Positions 55,760 through 64,000 of a stretch of 64,000 nucleotides of DNA are shown here, one piece after another (position 1 is the first letter of the stretch; each line of letters opens with the position of its first letter). The notes beneath the pieces were generated by a model, which worked only from the letters and a program-made list of their open reading frames with translations, had not been told where the DNA came from and did no database searches. The translations under genes were made by a program, and so were the position numbers. The stretch spans positions 17,546,001-17,610,000 of the forward strand of contig OX597827.1 in the NCBI GenBank assembly GCA_951406725.2, in the 5' to 3' direction. The stretch is from Octopus vulgaris (Eukaryota).

Positions 55760-57079
55760 ATACACATAAACACATATATATATACAATATAAATAGAGAT
55801 GTATATGCTCGTATATATATATATATATAATATATAGCAACATGCCATTTAATAATGATATGTATGTGTGTTTGTGTATATATACATTCATGATGCTATT
55901 TAATAATTCGATATATGATAGATGTAACTTGATATATTTTGTAACTGTTTATTTGATTTTGATTATCAATTGCTTAAGCGGTCGTAATGGAATAACTGGA
56001 ATACGAAATATTTGTTTTCGTTTTATACTTTCCTAATGTGTTGAATGTTAATTAGGTTGTAGAATGAGCTCTGATGTTATAAAATACTTTTATTGATGTG
56101 TTATAGCCCATAGATCCTTCATTCATATAAAACTGTGCGATCAGATGCGTCTATTTAGGTGTGTGAGCTTTCAGCGTTGGGGCTGATTTTTAAGGTTCAA
56201 AAAGAATGTAGTTAGATGAAAAGATTAGCTGGTCGGTAGATATGTAACCAAGTTTAGTTGTTGATGATGCTATTTGGACTCTAATTCGAGATTTCCTTTG
56301 TTTCTTTTGGGAATGTAAATGCTATTGCCCAGGCTTTTGTTCAGCATGCAAAGCTTTGTAATCAGATGTGTTTATTTAGATGTATCAGATTTAGGTCATG
56401 GTATTTACAGTATAAAAATTTGGTTTCATTTTGAAACCGATAGATATACACTACAATAAAAACTACGGTAAAAACAAAGTTGCCAACACTCACGTAATTT
56501 ATATATAATTACATCACTTGTACACTCGCGCACTCAAACACACACACACATAGGAATATATATATGCGTGTACGGATTGCGGATATATATTACCTATCTA
56601 TCTATCTATCTACCTCTGTGTGTGTGTTCGTCTTTCACGCGAAAACGGCTGCGCGAATTGCATGGTTGATTTGACCTCGAATATATAATAGGCTCTTCAG
56701 TTTATTATTTTATTAAAACTAAATAATATTTTTTCATGTATAAGATTAACTTCATTAAAAAGGTTTCTCAATGTTAATTTCCAGTATTGACGTAGCAACG
56801 GCGTAAATTTTCGCTTTCATTTGCGAAACCTCTCACTCTCTATTTTAATGTATTCATTTCAAGTTTTAATTCGCTATTTGCAAGCAACTAAGATAAATTA
56901 CTAAGTTCACAAATTTCGTTTGAACCCACATACTTCGTTAAGTTCAGTAAAAAAGCTTTTAGTTAATTACATTATGCGCGCCGTGTCAGCTCTATGTATT
57001 CGTAGTCAATCACCCACGCACAAGTGTGCTTTTGTATGTACGTTTGTATACATATATGTATGTGTGGGTATGTTTGTGT

Positions 57080-57122
<43 letters not shown>

Positions 57123-58372
57123 GGTGTTTTGTCATGTATACGTTCATACATAAATATCTACGCATACGTTATTTTTGTATGCATGTGGAGAAAGAAAGGG
57201 AGCGACAGTGATGTCTAAATGGCACTCATTCTCTCTCTCTCACACGCACACATATATACAAAAAAGATGTATGCATATTTATGTACGTACAAAAAGCCGC
57301 CCGATAGGGCTCCTGTGGAAGGCTCTTCATTAGGTTTTTGGCCCAACAATGACACTTCATGCATTGAGCACATATTAAATTTTATTAAACTTGAACAATA
57401 TTTTTCAAGCAAGGGACAGTTTTCTTCATAGGAATGATATAATTTGTCGACATGGAATTTATTGCAAAGCTGCATGATAAACATTTATAAAATAATTATA
57501 TGTATTTATGTAGCAAGAGCCCTACCTGAGAGTAAATATTCACAAAACCCAAAGAGGGTGAATTGTGGTTTGTTTCTTTGGGTTGGTTTGGTCAACATAT
57601 CACCCTACATAAGTTACCCATATATAATATAATATCTATATTCCGACCTATAAGACCTATAAATCTATTTATTTGGTATTTTGTGAAATGCACAAACACA
57701 CATATCCATTCATACAGATTGTTGGAATTTGAATTCGTTCCAAAGGTTTGCATATAAATCTGTAATCATCTATTCATTTTGATACACATATGTGAATTTG
57801 TGTTTTATTTTTGGGATTACTATCCTGTTTGACTTGGCATGTTCACAATGATTTTCATCGTTCTCACGTTTGTTGGCACGGATTCGGAAGATTAATCCAA
57901 GAGCTTTCAATTTCGTTTTCCATTTCGGCTTTTACTTGCTAACACAAACATCATTAATTTCTCTAACATTTTCTCTAATTATATATATAACATTATACAC
58001 ATTCTCAACTGCGTTGCACTCAGATATTAAATTAACATTTGTTAATCCGATAAATTTCGAATTTAAAATCCTTAAATAATCACTTTGTTGTATTAATTCC
58101 CTCACATCATTATGTTATTGGGGTATGAAATTTTGATTTTATTCATTAATATCTTATAAATGCTATCAATTTTAATATAGTCAAAGTGAAATTCACTGTC
58201 CCTATTCTCAAAGCTTATACAAAATAAATAAGTCCGCGCTTGCGCAGTGATAGCTTCCTTTCATTACAATTAATCGATACCCAACACATTCATTCTTACC
58301 AAATACCAAGACCCTTTTTCACATTTTAAGTAAGAGAAGAAGCAAAATGATGGTGATCAGAAGTTACATACA

Positions 58373-58425
<53 letters not shown>

Positions 58426-58427
58426 GT

Positions 58428-58801
58428 TGGCACTGCGTCCTTTTTGACGACGAGGGTTCCAGTTGATCCGATCAACGGAACAGCCTGCTCGTGAAATTAA
58501 CGTGCAAGTGGCTGAGCACTCCACAGACACGTGTACCCTTAACGTAGTTTTCGGGAGATTCAGCGTGATACAGAGTGTGATAAGGCTGGCCCTTTGAAAT
58601 ATAGGTACAAAAGAAATAGGAAGAAAGAGTGAGAGAAAATTGCGGTAAAAGAGTACAGCAGGGTTCGCCACCTCCCCCTGCCGGATCCTCGAGGAACTTT
58701 AGGTACTTTCGCTCAATTTACACTCATAACGCCCGATCAGGGAATCGAAACCGAAACCGCGATCCTCTGACCGCGAGTCCGCTGCCCTAACCAATGGGCC
58801 A
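58428..58801 (-). mobile_element. Chimeric SINE, same type as 29985-30342
   Basis: Near-colinear with 29985-30342. Confidence 0.8.
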
Positions 58802-58811
58802 TCAACGGTCT

Positions 58812-59563
<752 letters not shown>

Positions 59564-60105
59564 TACATACATACATACATACATACACACACACATATGT
59601 GGTGGGGGGGGTATACTAGCAGTAATACCCGTCGTTGATCGGGTAATTACTTTTAGTCCTTCTCGGGAGCCACATTCAAATTGTTATTATATATATGCAT
59701 TTACCCCTCTTGTATGTGTGTATTTTATAAGAAAAAAAAAACATAATTAACTGAAGTACAAAAAGATCAATTTCATACATGAACTTCTGTATGACAATAA
59801 GAAAGTGAGTTGTATGTGTTATTTTAGAAAGCAATGCCGTAATGGCAATTATAAAATACTCAAGGCTTTGGTCGGCATGGAGATGTAATGAAAGAGAGGG
59901 ATTGAACTCAAGGCGACATGGTTGGAAAGCAAGCTTCACAACCACACAATCACACAACCACGCCTATAAAGGGGAGATACATTTTGGATAATATACTCCT
60001 TGATATAATATGCTTAGATACGTTTTTACTGCGAGAAGACCTTTGGTTTTAATATTTACTCGAGCAACGCAACAATTAACAACGTTACACCATGCAGGGT
60101 ATTGT

Positions 60106-60409
60106 GGAGGCACATGGCCTAGTGGTTAGAGCAGCGGACTCGCGGTCGAGGGATCGCGGGCTCGAATCTCTGACCGGGCGGTGTGTGTGTTTATGAGTGA
60201 AAACACCTAAGCTCCACGCAGCTCCGGCATAAGATAATGGCGAACTTTTGCTGACTCTTTCGCCACAACTTTCTCTCACTCTTTCCTCCTGCATTTTGCA
60301 GCTCACCTGCGACGGACCGGCGTCCCGTCCAGGTGGGGAACCTATACGCCAAGAAACCGGGAAACCGGCCCTTATGAGCCAGGCATGGCTCGAGAAGGAA
60401 CAAACAAAA
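60106..60409 (+). mobile_element. SINE family B
   Basis: Consensus match. Confidence 0.9.
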
Positions 60410-60838
60410 ATGTAGGGTTTCAAGAATTAACTATCTGTTTCAATGAAATTGTGCAAATTTTTATAAAAAACTGACAGAATTTTATGCTTATTACCAAAAC
60501 GAATAGATTTATTAATCTTACGTCAAACATTTATAGAAAATTTTCAACGTGTCTGTATCCCTGCATACTTCAAGTCTCCCCTTAGTATTGTGAAACAGAT
60601 TTTGAAGCATTACAGGAGTTAGCTCCTGCACTGCTAACTGAATGTGTTCTTTAAGCTCAGCTAAACGATTGCTACATCATGGGGATGGAAGTAAAAAAGT
60701 TATTGCTCCCATATTGAAAAAAAAACTATCATGGACAAATAAGAAGGGTCTAACAGGAATGAAAATAAAATTATAAACAAAATTCACATTTTATACACTT
60801 TTGATACATATTAAACATAGTAAACATAAATAAAAGTG

Positions 60839-61247
60839 GGATCTTTTCGGTTTGAACGGCAGTTTTTAACATAATTTCTAGGTAACTAAAAGATTTTAAA
60901 CTTCGTATACTGGTAGAATGTGTTTATAAAACATCTTTTTCTCTTGGCTTTATTGAGAAAATTCTATAGTTTGTAAGATATTTGTTGCTTTTATCTTCAA
61001 TTTATGCAATTTCAACCAATCAATGAGGTCTATTGATGTGAAAACATTCTGTGCCGTATGAATATATCCCTCGTTTAAGAAATACATTGGGTTTATTTAC
61101 ATTTCTGAAGAAAAAAAGATACCTTTCCCCCCACCCCTAACCCTAAAACAGATTGAAATGCAATAGATCGATTCTAGGGTCATAATTATGGGTGACAATT
61201 TCATATGACACCACAAGAAAAAACTGCCGTTCAAACAGAAAAGATCC
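60839..61247 (+). mobile_element. Merlin-like MITE
   Basis: TIRs with a perfect 8-bp TSD taaaagtg. Confidence 0.88.
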
Positions 61248-61502
61248 TAAAAGTGAGTTTTAAAAAGAAATGCATCCGATTTCACTCAAATCATCATTAA
61301 TTGTGGGACATCCTGTATTTACTCGTCCGACTAAAAGAGGGAGGGAACACGAGGGTGGGGGGGGGGGAAATTGCAGGTAGTGAGCGTAGCTTCCGGAAGT
61401 GGTCACGCGGTCAAACTCAACTAACTGAGTCAGAACAGCAGTTTGTATTGTTTTTGTATGAACATTTTGCATTATATAGTTCAAACATGGATGACATAGA
61501 AA

Positions 61503-61835
61503 GCAGGCATGGCTGTGTGGTAAGAAGCTTGCTTCCCAGCCACAGGGTTCCGGATTCAGTCCCACTGTGTGGCACCTTGGGTAAGTCTCTTCTACTATAT
61601 TCTCGGGCCGACCAAATCCTTGCGAGTGGATCTGGTAGACGGAAAATGGAAGAAGCTCGTCGTATACAAGATTTATAAGTATATATTTTTGTGTGTGTTT
61701 GTGTTTGTCTCTTCTTTCATGTCCACCGTAACTGAGCGCTTCGGCAAACGACACCGATAGAATAAGTAATAGGCTTAAAAAGAATAAGTCGTGGGGTCGC
61801 TTTCTGCGACTAACGCTCTTTATGCTGGTACTCCA
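61503..61835 (+). mobile_element. SINE family A, variant subfamily
   Basis: Inverted near-copy of 50125-50508, 3'-truncated. Confidence 0.8.
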
Positions 61836-62666
61836 GGATTGGAAACGTGAAACATCAACAGAGCAATTCTGGAGGATGGATGAATGGGTTTGTTGTGCTT
61901 TTACCCAACCGCGCACACACGCGGTGTGCCCGATGGCAATATGAAGAATTAACAGGGCGCCGATAAAAGTTTTGATGTTCTCATTTCCTCTGCCAAATTA
62001 GACAAAAAGGTTTCCATGAAATATTTATTATACGCGACATATAATGCTTAAGTAGTGTCAATATTTTATCGTCGGAAAATGGTTTAAACAAAAACAAAAC
62101 CCAATGTAGTATGCTGAAATCTGATTAATCTGCATTTTGCGGGATCGGAATTTTTTTTTTTAGTCAACAGCAATTCGAGGAACCTGATTAATGTTTGTTG
62201 CAAATTTGGAGGAAACAACACTGAACACTGAATCGTCACAGACCAGGCGAGACGACTCGCCTCGTTTGCCAAAGATTGGAAGTTACGATGTTTTGCTAGT
62301 ATCGTAGTTTATCAATAATTGTAGAAACACAAATATATGGAAGTACATACTTATTGAAATACATATGCATGAAGAAAACATACTGTTGCATATTGAATTT
62401 TGATGTGATTCTAGGTGAACCGACAAGAATCGGAAGGAGGGCAACACCGGCGAATTCACCAAAAAGCAACCAAAATGAGAAGGTTAGTGAAAGCGTAGTA
62501 GAAGTGTGCCGACAACGATGCTGGTGACCCAGGATAACTTCAGCTCGCAGAAACACGTAAAAGTCTAAGAGTAATACATTTATGTGTATGAGTGTGTATG
62601 TATATACATACATATATGCATGCGTGCGTGTGTGTGTGTATGTATATATACATGTATGTGTGTGTG

Positions 62667-62720
<54 letters not shown>

Positions 62721-62722
<2 letters not shown>

Positions 62723-63099
62723 CGTAGGAGTGGCTGTGTAGTAAATAGCTTGCTTACTAACTACATGGTTCCGGGTTCAGTCCCACTGCGTGGCACCTTG
62801 GGCAAGTGTCTTCTACTATAGCCTCGGGTCGACCAAAGCATTGTGAGTGGATTTGGTTGACGGAAACTGAAAGAAACCCGTCGTATATATGTGTATATAT
62901 GTGTGTCTGTGTTTGATAACCAATGTTGGTGTGTTTACGTTCCCGTAACTTAGCGGTTCGGCAAAAGAGATCTATAGAATAAGTACTAGGCTTACACAAA
63001 GAATAAGTCCTGGGGTCGATTTCCTCGACTAAAGGTGAAGCTCCAGCATAGCCGTAGTTAAATGACTGAAACAAGTAAAAGAGTAGAGAGTAAAAGAGT
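62721..63099 (+). mobile_element. SINE family A
   Basis: Consensus match. Confidence 0.88.
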
Positions 63100-63446
63100 A
63101 TATATATTTATTTATTTATTTATGCATATATCAACTGGGGAAATAAATATGTTCATGTCATACCTCCTGACTTTATATCTTACACACACATATATATAGA
63201 GAGAGAGGTCGGAGAGATTTGGAAGAGAGGGAGAGAGGGAGAGAGACATGACAGTATACTTGATGCAAGTCTGATGAAGTGACACTCTAATGTCTATAGC
63301 AGCAAATATTACGTAAATTTTTCACTTTGTATTTTTGCGTAAACTGGCTTTGCAAGCAAAATTGGTACGGAAGCAAATGTAACGAATCATTAAATTATAG
63401 ACGTGCTAAAGAATTTCTTTGTCTTCTTATTATTTGCATGTATATG

Positions 63447-63494
<48 letters not shown>

Positions 63495-64000
63495 TGTATG
63501 TATGTATGTATGTATGTATGTATATGTATGTGATATATATTTCGTAAGTAGAAAATGCAGTGAACATTGCAAGATTTTTAAATTGATTTTCTAGCAGACA
63601 ACCTTATTTATCTTCACCACAAACGATTCAAACAACCTGAAATAATAACTAAAAATAGAGAACATGAAAAAAAAAATGAAAAAGGCAAACGAATTACAAA
63701 CAAAAAATAGGAAGAGAAAAAGAGAAAAAAACAATTTTGTAAAACATGTTATCGATTCTTTCTTTCTTATATAGTGTTCCTACTTTATCATTGAAATGAA
63801 AACACCCAAATTTTTCGGATTTCTTGAACAGCGGAACTAAAATTTTTCGCACCTAAATAAATATATGATAGCAATGACTTAAAGAAGTGAAGCCGATATA
63901 GGAGTCGTATGAAATATAGCACGTTACATATAAAGATAATATATTATAGCATTATACATTGGTACATACATATATACGGTTGTATATGTATGTATGCATG

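Overview
AT-rich, microsatellite-saturated eukaryotic DNA, most likely an octopus or another coleoid cephalopod (inferred from the tRNA-derived SINE families and the dense TA/TG/TATG/AAT/GATA repeats). Almost all ORFs in the supplied track are translations of microsatellites or SINEs. Real coding signal is limited to two tandem, same-strand paralogues of an unrecognised small His/Asp-rich protein family (terminal exons 10941-11320 and 27275-27633, plus internal exons 21598-21666 and probably 26002-26037). They share an N-terminal KxxYxIFxMA motif and a C-terminal LTKSxYAxFxAYxxMAxxYxLLGxxVKL helix. The rest is mobile DNA: four SINE families, RTE-type LINE fragments, a decayed Tc1/mariner element, Merlin-like MITEs with 8-bp TSDs, non-autonomous Helitrons and Penelope-like fragments. 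The most striking unannotated signal is a set of minimal type I hammerhead-ribozyme folds in several unrelated short elements. Several carry the compensatory U3-A8 core (UUGAAAA). One sits in a 362-bp tandem unit whose boundary falls on the predicted cleavage site (retrozyme-like), and another forms an 11 x 67-bp array in which every unit has a hammerhead-like fold. All structures were folded by eye and no ribozyme activity is shown.
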